A stretch of DNA of 62,098 nucleotides from Candidatus Omnitrophota bacterium (GTDB taxonomy: Bacteria > Omnitrophota > Gorgyraeia > JABMRN01 > RBG-13-46-9). Below are positions 45,130-53,057 of the stretch, piece after piece. The DNA lies in contig JAMXCZ010000002.1 of the NCBI GenBank assembly GCA_024542975.1, positions 1-62,098 of the forward strand, read 5' to 3'. A program made the position numbers and the translations under genes. The notes beneath the pieces are model-generated. The model saw nothing but the letters and a program-made list of their open reading frames with translations, did no database searches and had not been told where the DNA came from. Position 1 is the first letter of the stretch; each line of letters begins with the position of its first letter.

Positions 45130-45255
45130 ATGGAACAACACATCGGAAGTCTTAAGAGCATCTTTCACATGGCAATGGTTGTTATCGTCATGATAAAGGT
45201 TCACATGATCGATAAAAAATTACGCATGCTCGAGAGAAAATTTGTAACGAAATAA
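45130..45255 (+). CDS. possible 41-aa hydrophobic-core peptide
   Basis: MEQHIGSLKSIFHMAMVVIVMIKVHMIDKKLRMLERKFVTK. Weak SD. A terminator follows. Confidence 0.3.
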   Translation: MEQHIGSLKSIFHMAMVVIVMIKVHMIDKKLRMLERKFVTK

Positions 45256-45257
45256 AA

Positions 45258-45287
45258 GTCCGCACCCAAAAAAAATGCGGCTTTTTG
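45258..45287 (+). terminator. terminator-like hairpin, CCGCA-loop-TGCGG + CTTTTT
   Basis: Short 5-bp stem with an A-rich loop and a T tract. Confidence 0.45.
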
Positions 45288-45361
45288 AGAGAGTGTGGGG
45301 ATTTCCCTCTACTCTCTTTTTTTATGCCTTTTTCCATTTGTGATATTCCGCAAGTCATATT

Positions 45362-45526
45362 TACACATCCCGGTAAGGGTAGGGGTGCCCTGCGTGCTGC
45401 GAATTCCGGCCTCAGCTAACTCATACAGGAGAAAATACAATAAGGAAACTCTATACAGTTCTCCTGTATGAGTGGATCTTCGGCCGGAATTTTCGCAATG
45501 CACCCGGGAGCCATACGGATGTGTAT
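45362..45526. repeat. long imperfect-palindrome element, copy 1 (inverted relative to copy 2)
   Basis: Helices TACACATCC/GGATGTGTA, AATTCCGGCC/GGCCGGAATT and CTCATACAGGAGAA/TTCTCCTGTATGAG, with a 25-nt apical loop. Confidence 0.8.
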
Positions 45527-45609
45527 AGAATTACCTCTCACCCTCCCCGGCACTATGCAGAAGCGACATGAAGACGAATCCGTAACTTAAGTGTGAAATC
45601 GCAGAAATG

Positions 45610-45793
45610 TGCGCTCCGGTCCGGTAGGGAAGCTAGTCCTTGGCACATTGCGAAAATTTTACCTCGAGATCCACCCAGACAGGAGAATTATACAGAGTTT
45701 CCTATATTGTGTATTCTCCTGGCTGGGTTAGCTGAAGCCAAAATTCGCGTGCCAAGGGCTAGCTTCCCTACCGGACCGGGGGGATGTAGCGCA
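45610..45793. repeat. long imperfect-palindrome element, copy 2
   Basis: A 31-bp helix (45616-45646 with 45749-45779) has a single T.G pair. An inner 14-bp helix (45674-87 with 45714-27) is also present. Loops are homologous to the reverse complement of copy 1. Confidence 0.8.
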
Positions 45794-45941
45794 ACTTGCG
45801 AAATGTTACATTTCTACACTCGAAAAGATAGGTGGCGGCTATTGCTTCTTGAGTCTGCGGCGGACTACGCGGTGGAGGAATAGGAAGAGGGTGTAGAGGA
45901 GGATGATTTCAGAGATAACAAAGAGCCAGCCGAAGTTTGTA

Positions 45942-47486
45942 TCAGTCAGAATGGTGAAGTCCACGGGCTACCCTCCGCTGTTTATCTCTTTCTACGATAA
46001 GTACTCTTGCTGTAAAATATATGAATCCGCCCCAGAAAAGAATCGCTATTAAGGCCATCATTACGATCGTAATGGGTGTAATTCCGATCGATGTAAACCC
46101 GGCACCTTGCGACACCGGTAAAATGACCGGCATAACACCGTTACTTTGCAGGATCTTTATGAGGGAAAGAATAAACAGGAGCCCCACAAAAATCGGCACA
46201 ACGGCTCGTATCCAGAACCTTATCGGCGTGTGGCTCAGTTTAACCCTCGCATTCTTATTCATCTCGTCAAACCCGCGGTTGCCCATAAAATATCCGACCG
46301 CGATTATGGCAAGTATGCCAAACACAGGGATAGCAAGTTGTCCGATTATTGTGTCCATTTTGGAAAGAAGCGCAAGTTTCGCGCCAATTCCGCCTTTTAC
46401 GAAGCCATTTAAGATAAAAGGAAACCCCATGACCCACAGTATGGCCCCTGTAATTAGTGCACTTTTTTTTCTGGGCCACCCGACTTCATCCTTAAGCCAC
46501 GCAATAGCAGGCTCCTGTATGCTTATGGCGCTCGATATGGCTCCGAACGCAAGCAGAATAAAAAACATCCCTCCAAATAAGTGCCCGCCCGGCATAGCCT
46601 CAAATACCTTAGGCAGTACGAAAAACGTAAGCCCGATCGACTCGGCCTTGCCTATAACGTTCCCAAAGCCAAGCGCAAATGCCGCCGGGAAAATCGCAAA
46701 TCCGGCCAGTATGCTCGCAGAGGTATTCCCAAGCGTCACAGCGAGCGCGTTTTGGGGTATTCCCCACTCGTCCTTCATGTAAGAACCGTAAATAAGCATA
46801 GCGCCCATCCCCAGGCTCAAAGTAAAAAACACCTGTCCCAACGCCGCAATCCACGTTTCAGGGTCAAGGAGCCCTGCCCAGCGCGGCCTCATATAAAACT
46901 CAATACCTTCCCATGCACCAGGCAATGTCACGCTTCTTATTGCAACGATTATGAGAAGCACAAAAAGCGCGGGTATCATGATCTTACACGCCCTCTCTAT
47001 ACCTTTACGGACCCCCAGAGCCAATATCCCGCTCGTCAGGCATACGGCAAGGAAGTGTACAAGAAATATCCACTTGCTCCCCAGAAACAACGCAAAATAT
47101 GCCTCCGTATCCTTCCCGAAATAGAGCCCCTCGAGAGAGGCAAAAACGAAAAATATAACCCAACTTGTTATAACGATGTAATAAGAATACAAAAAAAACG
47201 GCCCGATCACTCCCCATGCCCCTATGTCCCTTCCGAAAGGAAATTTTATCTTTTCAAACGCGCCGAGTGGGTCCCGCTTCGTGTGGCGGCCTAACACCCA
47301 TTCGCACATCATAGCGAAAATAGCAACACCCAACAGCAAAATAATATAAGGGATAAGAAATGAGGCGCCGCCGTATTTTCCGCAAAGGTACGGAAACCGC
47401 CAGATGTTTCCGAGGCCGATGGCCGTGCCGATCATCGCCGCGATCATTCCCCAGTGCGATTCCCAGGTTTCTCTCGCTTTGGCCAT
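45942..47486 (-). CDS. sodium-dependent transporter, neurotransmitter:sodium symporter (SNF/NSS) family
   Basis: GLGNIWRFPYLCGKYGGASFLIPY and about 11-12 hydrophobic helices. Confidence 0.9.
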   Translation of the reverse strand: MAKARETWESHWGMIAAMIGTAIGLGNIWRFPYLCGKYGGASFLIPYIILLLGVAIFAMMCEWVLGRHTKRDPLGAFEKIKFPFGRDIGAWGVIGPFFLYSYYIVITSWVIFFVFASLEGLYFGKDTEAYFALFLGSKWIFLVHFLAVCLTSGILALGVRKGIERACKIMIPALFVLLIIVAIRSVTLPGAWEGIEFYMRPRWAGLLDPETWIAALGQVFFTLSLGMGAMLIYGSYMKDEWGIPQNALAVTLGNTSASILAGFAIFPAAFALGFGNVIGKAESIGLTFFVLPKVFEAMPGGHLFGGMFFILLAFGAISSAISIQEPAIAWLKDEVGWPRKKSALITGAILWVMGFPFILNGFVKGGIGAKLALLSKMDTIIGQLAIPVFGILAIIAVGYFMGNRGFDEMNKNARVKLSHTPIRFWIRAVVPIFVGLLFILSLIKILQSNGVMPVILPVSQGAGFTSIGITPITIVMMALIAILFWGGFIYFTARVLIVERDKQRRVARGLHHSD

Positions 47487-47492
47487 ACTTCC

Positions 47493-47870
47493 TTATTCGT
47501 GTAATAAAATTTTGATTTTAGAAAGAAGTTTTTCCAGCTCGAAATCTTTAAAAATGTAATCATCCGCACCGACGGATTCGTAAAGGCCCGAAACGCGCTC
47601 TTTGGCCTGTGGTTTTGCGGTAAATAAAATGACCGGGATCCGGTGGGTATCCATATTGTCTTTCAATTCCTTGCATATCTCATACCCATTTTTTTCCGGC
47701 ATCATTATGTCGAGTATGATGAGGTCCGGCTTTTCCCTCTTTGCCACCTCGAGCGCCCTCGTACTTGTATTAAGCGGTAGGACCTCGTAATTTTGAAACT
47801 CGAGCCTGAGCTTCATCAGGTACATAAGGTCTTCTTCATCATCAATTATCAGAATTTTTTTCTTGCGCAT
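47493..47870 (-). CDS. single-domain response regulator
   Basis: KKILIIDDEEDL...PDLIILDIMMPEKNGYE...K. Confidence 0.85.
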   Translation of the reverse strand: MRKKKILIIDDEEDLMYLMKLRLEFQNYEVLPLNTSTRALEVAKREKPDLIILDIMMPEKNGYEICKELKDNMDTHRIPVILFTAKPQAKERVSGLYESVGADDYIFKDFELEKLLSKIKILLHE

Positions 47871-47881
47871 TTTGCGAACCT

Positions 47882-48262
47882 TTATTTTTTGCTGCTAAAT
47901 ACCTCGTTAATTTTTGCGATCAGCTTATCGTAGCTGAAAGTCTTTACAATGTAGCCATCCGCATGTACGGCCTTATATTTTTCCTTCAAGTTCTCCTCCG
48001 CATCGGTTTTTGCGGTAAATAAGATCACGGGAATGCCGCGGGTATCCTGATCCGCCTTTAACTCTCGACAGACCTCATAGCCATCCTTATCCGGCATCAC
48101 CACATCAAGAAGTATCAGGTCCGGCCTTTCTCTCTTTGCCACTTCGACGGCCCGCGAGCTCGTATAGAGCGGCAGGACAAAATAATTCTCGGCCTTGAGC
48201 CGCATATCGAGCAATTTTACCAAATCTACTTCGTCGTCTATTATCAGAATTTTTTTCTTCAT
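47882..48262 (-). CDS. single-domain response regulator (paralog of 47493..47870)
   Basis: KKILIIDDEVDL...PDLILLDVVMPDKDGYE...K. Confidence 0.85.
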   Translation of the reverse strand: MKKKILIIDDEVDLVKLLDMRLKAENYFVLPLYTSSRAVEVAKRERPDLILLDVVMPDKDGYEVCRELKADQDTRGIPVILFTAKTDAEENLKEKYKAVHADGYIVKTFSYDKLIAKINEVFSSKK

Positions 48263-48334
48263 CGCCCCTCCTTCTTTTTATTCTTATAAAACCGTTTGTC
48301 GACCAACTCAAACATTTCGGACGCATCCTTGCTA

Positions 48335-48763
48335 TTATTCGAGTTTAAGGATAATTTCTTCGGCGCCGTCTTTCAGAATAACGCGGTCTTTCCTTATTTC
48401 GACTACCCTATATCCGCCTACAACGTCTCCGCGACTTACCATTTCGCTTCCTATTACTGCCTTCGGATTTTTTTCAGTCCACATTATGCCGCCGAGCGCA
48501 GGCCTCTCGGCTATTTTGACCTTTTGGGTGATGAACGGGTTTTTGCCCCAGGAGTCGAATTCCGTGCGTTTTGTGCGACGCTTTGTCGGGATAATTTTTC
48601 CCGCCGGCCTGTAAACTGTTTTATTATCGGCGAAGCCCGGCGTTGGGCCCGGTTTTGTATAAACCCTGCTACTTCTCTTCGGAGGAGCGGTTACCCCATA
48701 AATCAGGCTCACCACTGCCCCTATGCCAAGAATAATTAAAGCTATTACCTTCTTATTTTTCAT
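48335..48763 (-). CDS. PilP/GspC-like pilus assembly protein (membrane anchor + small beta domain)
   Basis: MKNKKVIALIILGIGAVV... and C-terminal AVIGSEMVSRGDVVGGYRVVEIRKDRVILKDG. Position is after pilO. ATG 48763 is preferred. Confidence 0.5.
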   Translation of the reverse strand: MKNKKVIALIILGIGAVVSLIYGVTAPPKRSSRVYTKPGPTPGFADNKTVYRPAGKIIPTKRRTKRTEFDSWGKNPFITQKVKIAERPALGGIMWTEKNPKAVIGSEMVSRGDVVGGYRVVEIRKDRVILKDGAEEIILKLE

Positions 48764-49289
48764 ATCCCCTTCCCGAAAGGTAGAGGTCAACAATGAGATG
48801 CGTCGTAATTTTTCTCGGATCTTTAGCGCTGAGGGACATCTTAAAACTTTTTACTTTTATGAGGCACTTTTCAAGATCGTCAAGCGAGCCTAAAAATGTC
48901 CCGATCTCTTCATACGCAGATTCGATCTCCATCTCTATAGGCAATATCTTGTACCGGGACCCTTTTTCTTTATTTATCTTCCCGGGGTTGATCGAAATAA
49001 AATCAATACCCTTCGTCTTACCGTGCCTTGTCAATTCGTTCATCGCGCGCGAGAGCCCTTTTTCCGTCATAAGAACCCTCTTTCCGTAAACCCTGCCGGA
49101 TACGGCAATAATATTTCGGCACTCTATTACCTCATTTTCGGCTGCCTTGCATTTTAAATATTCTGTTTTCAATTTCATCATCAAAGGCGCAAAAAATATA
49201 AGATATACCGCCAAAGCGATAAGCGCTCCTACCGTAACAATCGCTATGATCAGCCTTTCCTGCGTAAGTTCAATCTTTCCTATCCTCAT
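48753..49289 (-). CDS. pilO: PilO-like pilus biogenesis protein
   Basis: N-terminal TM, coiled coil, and a C-terminal alpha/beta domain. Position is after the pilMN fusion. Confidence 0.55.
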   Translation of the reverse strand: MRIGKIELTQERLIIAIVTVGALIALAVYLIFFAPLMMKLKTEYLKCKAAENEVIECRNIIAVSGRVYGKRVLMTEKGLSRAMNELTRHGKTKGIDFISINPGKINKEKGSRYKILPIEMEIESAYEEIGTFLGSLDDLEKCLIKVKSFKMSLSAKDPRKITTHLIVDLYLSGRGYEK

Positions 49290-49317
49290 TTACACATTCC
49301 CTTTTTTCCTTACGATT

Positions 49318-49337
49318 CACGAACGACGAACGACGAA
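49318..49337. repeat. heptad repeat CAC(GAACGAC)2GAA immediately 3' of the pilMN stop
   Basis: Same orientation and sequence family as 53031-53057. Confidence 0.8.
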
Positions 49338-50927
49338 TTAATCCACCCAACATGCCAGTTCAAACTCGTTACCGGACTTATCTGCGAGATCCCTGGTTTT
49401 TACAAGTTTGACATCCTTAAATATGCCCTCATCAAGTGTAAGTATAAAATCAGAGAGAATGTCTTCCCCGTCACTGGAGGAGACGACCCCTTTCATGTTA
49501 ATAACGTCCTCCCGCATTGTTATACCCGTAAGATGGATGTGTTTTGGAACGCGATGCCCTAATTCCTTAAATATATCTTCCCAGTGCGGCTCATCCACTA
49601 ACACCATATTTGCCGCATGGTGCGCTTCGGCCTTCTTTAAATCAGGGGCTAAACCGGAAAGCTCGAGAGCAGCAACAGATATCCTGGTCTGCAAATTGCC
49701 GAGCTCAATCTTCATACCGACAAAAAGAAGCGCTGAAACGAGAACGACTACAGTCGCAACAATCTCAATGGTTCCGCGCTTGACTGCTCTTTTTGCCTCC
49801 TCCTTCATTTCAAGCGGTAAAAGGTTTATTCCCTTACCAAAGCTTAAAGCCGAGCCAATTGCAGGTGCCATACGATACGAAGTCTTATTCCTTTCCCGCA
49901 CAGCATTCGGGCCCACCTTAAAGCCCTCCAGCGGATCACCGAGCTTCACTTCCACGCCTAATTCTCCGGATAAAAACTTTATAAGCCCTCCCAGGGACGC
50001 GCCACCACCAAATACCACAAGCGTTTCTATTTTTCCGCCTCCGGACTCTTCTCGGTAATAATCGAAGCATCTCTCTATTTCGGTTGCGAGCTGCTCCGCG
50101 GGAACTCTAAGCATCGATAAAATCTCGGTTGTAGATATTTTCCCATCTATAATTTTTGGCTCTGATTCGGCCGGCAGCCCGACCTCGCTTTTTATTTTCT
50201 CCGCCTCATCGAAGCTAAGCTGTGTTTTTCCGCGGTCCGAGTCCAGCACAATTGTCATGCTTTTTGTAAAGTCCTCCCCCGCAACGGGAATCTTTCTGCT
50301 AAATACAAGGGTATTGCCTTTTAAAATTATGAGTTCCGTATGAAGTTTGCCTATTTCAACAACACATACTGCTTTGCCGTCTTTCGACTGCGCAACCTCT
50401 GCTATTTTTTTGAGGGCGTACGGACTGGGCACGAAAGAAACGGGTTTTATCCCCGCTTTTCCGAGTATCGCAAGGTAGCGGCTAACCGTTTCTTTCGGCG
50501 AAACCGATACGGCTACCTCGTATTTTCTTACACCCTTTTCTACAACATCCCCGAATATCTCATAATCAAGGAGCGAATCGTCTATTGGAAACGGAAAATC
50601 GGTTTTTGCCTCCAGTTTCATACCGGCATAAAGCTCTGATTTAGGCATATAGGGCGCGTGAGTGAGTTTTATAGCTGTTTTTGGACAATTGATATGCGCT
50701 ATGACCTTGGACTTCTTTAGGTCGATCCCGGCAAATAAACCCTTTAATGCTTCGGCTATCGCTTTTGTACGAAGGGCCGGATCTGTCGTAGGCTTTATCT
50801 CCCGCAAATCCGCCTTTACAAGATAGAGTCCCTCTTCCGATTTTTTAAATTGGGCAATTTTAACGGAAGATGCGCCTATATCCAAGCCTATGACGAAGTC
50901 TTTTGTAAAAAATTTTTTAATACTCAT
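49338..50927 (-). CDS. pilM: PilM (actin-like ATPase) fused to a PilN-like TM/coiled-coil module
   Basis: FVIGLDIGASSVKIAQF... (PilM N-terminus). The C-terminal third, GINLLPLEMKEEAKR + TM, is PilN-like. ATG 50927 is preferred. Confidence 0.75.
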   Translation of the reverse strand: MSIKKFFTKDFVIGLDIGASSVKIAQFKKSEEGLYLVKADLREIKPTTDPALRTKAIAEALKGLFAGIDLKKSKVIAHINCPKTAIKLTHAPYMPKSELYAGMKLEAKTDFPFPIDDSLLDYEIFGDVVEKGVRKYEVAVSVSPKETVSRYLAILGKAGIKPVSFVPSPYALKKIAEVAQSKDGKAVCVVEIGKLHTELIILKGNTLVFSRKIPVAGEDFTKSMTIVLDSDRGKTQLSFDEAEKIKSEVGLPAESEPKIIDGKISTTEILSMLRVPAEQLATEIERCFDYYREESGGGKIETLVVFGGGASLGGLIKFLSGELGVEVKLGDPLEGFKVGPNAVRERNKTSYRMAPAIGSALSFGKGINLLPLEMKEEAKRAVKRGTIEIVATVVVLVSALLFVGMKIELGNLQTRISVAALELSGLAPDLKKAEAHHAANMVLVDEPHWEDIFKELGHRVPKHIHLTGITMREDVINMKGVVSSSDGEDILSDFILTLDEGIFKDVKLVKTRDLADKSGNEFELACWVD

Positions 50928-50937
50928 TTTTTCTGCC

Positions 50938-51732
50938 TTACCATGATGTAATAAATGTGCCCTGACCGAGGCTTGTGCCACCGCCGGCTATGTCGTAAGT
51001 TTCCAACTCGTTTATTTCCGGCTTATTGCCGTTTACGTTAAACCTAAGGTATTGGACCGAAACCGAATCAAAACTAACCGTTCCTGCGGGCGCTTCGACA
51101 GGGTTTGTTACCGGGTTCCAAGCGATATTGTTAGCGGAGTATTCTATTGAAAATGAATCGATCTTTGTGCCATCATACACAACCCTGTCAAATGTTTTTG
51201 AGCTTCCAAAATCCAATTTTAGCCATGAACTGTTAGCGATTGATGATTTCCATTGAGTACCGCTATCTCCATCGATCGCATTGGCTGCCGTAAAAGTCGC
51301 CTGAGCCGAAGAAGCGGAAGCCGTCGCAGTCAAAGAAAGATTGGACGCAGCCGAAGAAGTACCAATGTTTTCTTCTACCACTCTCCTCTGGGCAAGAGGG
51401 TTAGTATCATCCGGAACGTATCCGGACGAGGTAATCGTATACGTACCATCGCCATTATCAGCGGTGGTAACAGTATATGTGCCTTCTCCTCCTAATTCCA
51501 CATCCGCATCCCCCCACCCAACGGCTTCTTCGCCATCAGTCAATGCCCACCTCGCCTTGGCGAGCCCCGCCTCGGCCAGATAAAAAGCCTGGGCGTTCCA
51601 TAATTCCGTACCGGCGCTTATTATCTCATAGCGAACCAGTGTCATATAAGCAAAGGCCATTCCACTCAAACCGACAATAACAATAAAAACCCATATGAGT
51701 AGGGCCCCTTTTTTATTTTTAAGCGAATACAT
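50938..51732 (-). CDS. PilX/GspK-like minor pseudopilin fused to an F5/8 type C (discoidin/CBM32-like) domain
   Basis: N-terminal hydrophobic helix GALLIWVFIVIVGLSGMAFAY and AFYLAEAGL. The C-terminus, AANAIDGDSGTQWKS...WLKLDFG....FDRV......Y.I.YS.N...W, is discoidin-like. Confidence 0.6.
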   Translation of the reverse strand: MYSLKNKKGALLIWVFIVIVGLSGMAFAYMTLVRYEIISAGTELWNAQAFYLAEAGLAKARWALTDGEEAVGWGDADVELGGEGTYTVTTADNGDGTYTITSSGYVPDDTNPLAQRRVVEENIGTSSAASNLSLTATASASSAQATFTAANAIDGDSGTQWKSSIANSSWLKLDFGSSKTFDRVVYDGTKIDSFSIEYSANNIAWNPVTNPVEAPAGTVSFDSVSVQYLRFNVNGNKPEINELETYDIAGGGTSLGQGTFITSW

Positions 51733-51733
51733 T

Positions 51734-52267
51734 TCACAAACCCTGATTTCTCGTATACACGCTCGATCTCAAGGCAACCGTCTCGCTATCGTTGTTCATA
51801 GTAAGGGCTATGTTTATCAACCTTATATTATCACGCTTTGCCTGGTTTGAAACATCTTGAGGCACGGCCATAAGTGCATTCGTTGTATCGTAATAGGCCA
51901 AAGCGAAAGTTTGCGAATTCTCTGCCAGTTTGACAGCTTTTGCATCCTCTGTTCTATTGAGGGTAGTGCCACTTACATCGAACGTTACGGTTTCATTGAC
52001 TCCGTTATCATCCAAATCCACTACAAACTCTATCCCATCCTCATTCGCATCAGTAATGCTCGTCGTTTGACTAAGCTCCCGCACGATTCTCTCCATAGCC
52101 AAATTTGCCTCCTGCCTGAGATTCGCTCTATTATTTTCCGAACCCCATACTTCCAGGCCTACCAGCAATACCCGCGCCAGAACTCCGGTCAATACAAGGA
52201 AAAGCACCACAACTATCGTAAGCTCTATTAACGTAAAGGCACTTTTCTTTCTAATTCGCAGCGACAT
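51734..52267 (-). CDS. prepilin-type N-terminal methylation-domain pseudopilin
   Basis: MSLRIRKKSAFTLIELTIVVVLFLVL. Confidence 0.75.
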   Translation of the reverse strand: MSLRIRKKSAFTLIELTIVVVLFLVLTGVLARVLLVGLEVWGSENNRANLRQEANLAMERIVRELSQTTSITDANEDGIEFVVDLDDNGVNETVTFDVSGTTLNRTEDAKAVKLAENSQTFALAYYDTTNALMAVPQDVSNQAKRDNIRLINIALTMNNDSETVALRSSVYTRNQGL

Positions 52268-52673
52268 AGCTCACCAGCGGGACTTCTGCTTCCCCGCCTT
52301 TATGCGTCCAATACACCGTAACAGTTACCTGTTTAAGGTTTGTTTCCGGCTCCGTAACTACGACTTCTCTTTGAAATACTGAAAACCCGGTCACGACTGC
52401 TTTGGCCTCATTCACAATGTTTGCGTAAGTGAGATTACGGATTTCTTCCATCCTCTCCTGCGCAAGATTCACAGCAATCGCAGTATTTTCCGCGTCGAGA
52501 GCACCTGCCATACCGCTTGAGAGTAACGAAACCACAGCAACAATCCCAACCCCAAAAAGAACGATCGCGATCATAACCTCCAGTAACGTAAAACCGTCGT
52601 TCGTCGTTCGTCGTTCGTCGTTCGTTGATCGTTTGGATATAGTGCGTTTTTTTTTAGTTACTAATGAAGGCAT
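52251..52673 (-). CDS. PilV/GspI-like pseudopilin with an unusually long 27-aa leader
   Basis: ...TTNDG/FTLLEVMIAIVLFGVGIV. Leader residues STNDERRTTND are encoded by the heptad repeat. Confidence 0.7.
   Translation of the reverse strand: MPSLVTKKKRTISKRSTNDERRTTNDGFTLLEVMIAIVLFGVGIVAVVSLLSSGMAGALDAENTAIAVNLAQERMEEIRNLTYANIVNEAKAVVTGFSVFQREVVVTEPETNLKQVTVTVYWTHKGGEAEVPLVSYVAAN
52596..52630. repeat. (GTCGTTC)4 + GTTGATC heptad array
   Basis: Read directly from the sequence. It is inverted relative to 53034-53057. Confidence 0.9.
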
Positions 52674-53014
52674 TTTATTAAGTTCATTAACATTTTGCTC
52701 TCATGGTTTAGGTCTTCCTCTAATTTTCCCATAGCATCGGAGGTCACGTATTTTCTCTTTTTGCCGATGATCAGCTGCGTTTCGAGCTCCGCGCAAGACC
52801 CTAACGATACATATAAGAACTGCTTATATTCCTTGCTATGATGCCGCACAAATCCCTCGGCAATATTCGAGGGAATACTCACAGCACATCTTCGCATTTG
52901 AGCAACAAGTCCATACTGTTCCTGTCTCGGGAACTTATCAGTAATTACGTATACATTGTCAACAATAGCAATACCTTTTTTCCAAACATTCAAATCTTTA
53001 TAAGACTTAACCAT
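52661..53014 (-). CDS. four-helix-bundle protein ('23S rRNA intervening-sequence protein' family, TIGR02436/PF05635-like)
   Basis: YKDLNVWKKGIAIVDNVYVITDKFPRQEQYGLVAQMRRCAVSIPSNIAEG....SKEYKQFL.VSLGSCAELETQL. Confidence 0.85.
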   Translation of the reverse strand: MVKSYKDLNVWKKGIAIVDNVYVITDKFPRQEQYGLVAQMRRCAVSIPSNIAEGFVRHHSKEYKQFLYVSLGSCAELETQLIIGKKRKYVTSDAMGKLEEDLNHESKMLMNLIKCLH

Positions 53015-53030
53015 ATCAATTTCACCAATT

Positions 53031-53057
53031 CACGAGCGACGAACGACGAACGACGAG
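53031..53057. repeat. CAC GAGCGAC (GAACGAC)2 GAG heptad array immediately 3' of the major pilin stop
   Basis: Its reverse complement matches 20 consecutive nt of the 52596-52630 array. Confidence 0.9.

Noticed and set aside
45309-45883. ORFs 45309..45503 (minus) and 45593..45883 (plus), which look like divergent paralogs (LAEAGIR / LAEAKIR).
   Set aside because: The similarity follows from nucleotide homology of the hairpin elements. The reading frame is not preserved across the aligned region (HCENSGRR versus HIAKILPR), and substitutions are paired across helices rather than synonymous.
46021-47294. 253-aa and 237-aa plus-strand ORFs inside the SNF transporter gene.
   Set aside because: They are antisense to a transporter with a clear NSS signature, and the translations are compositionally odd.
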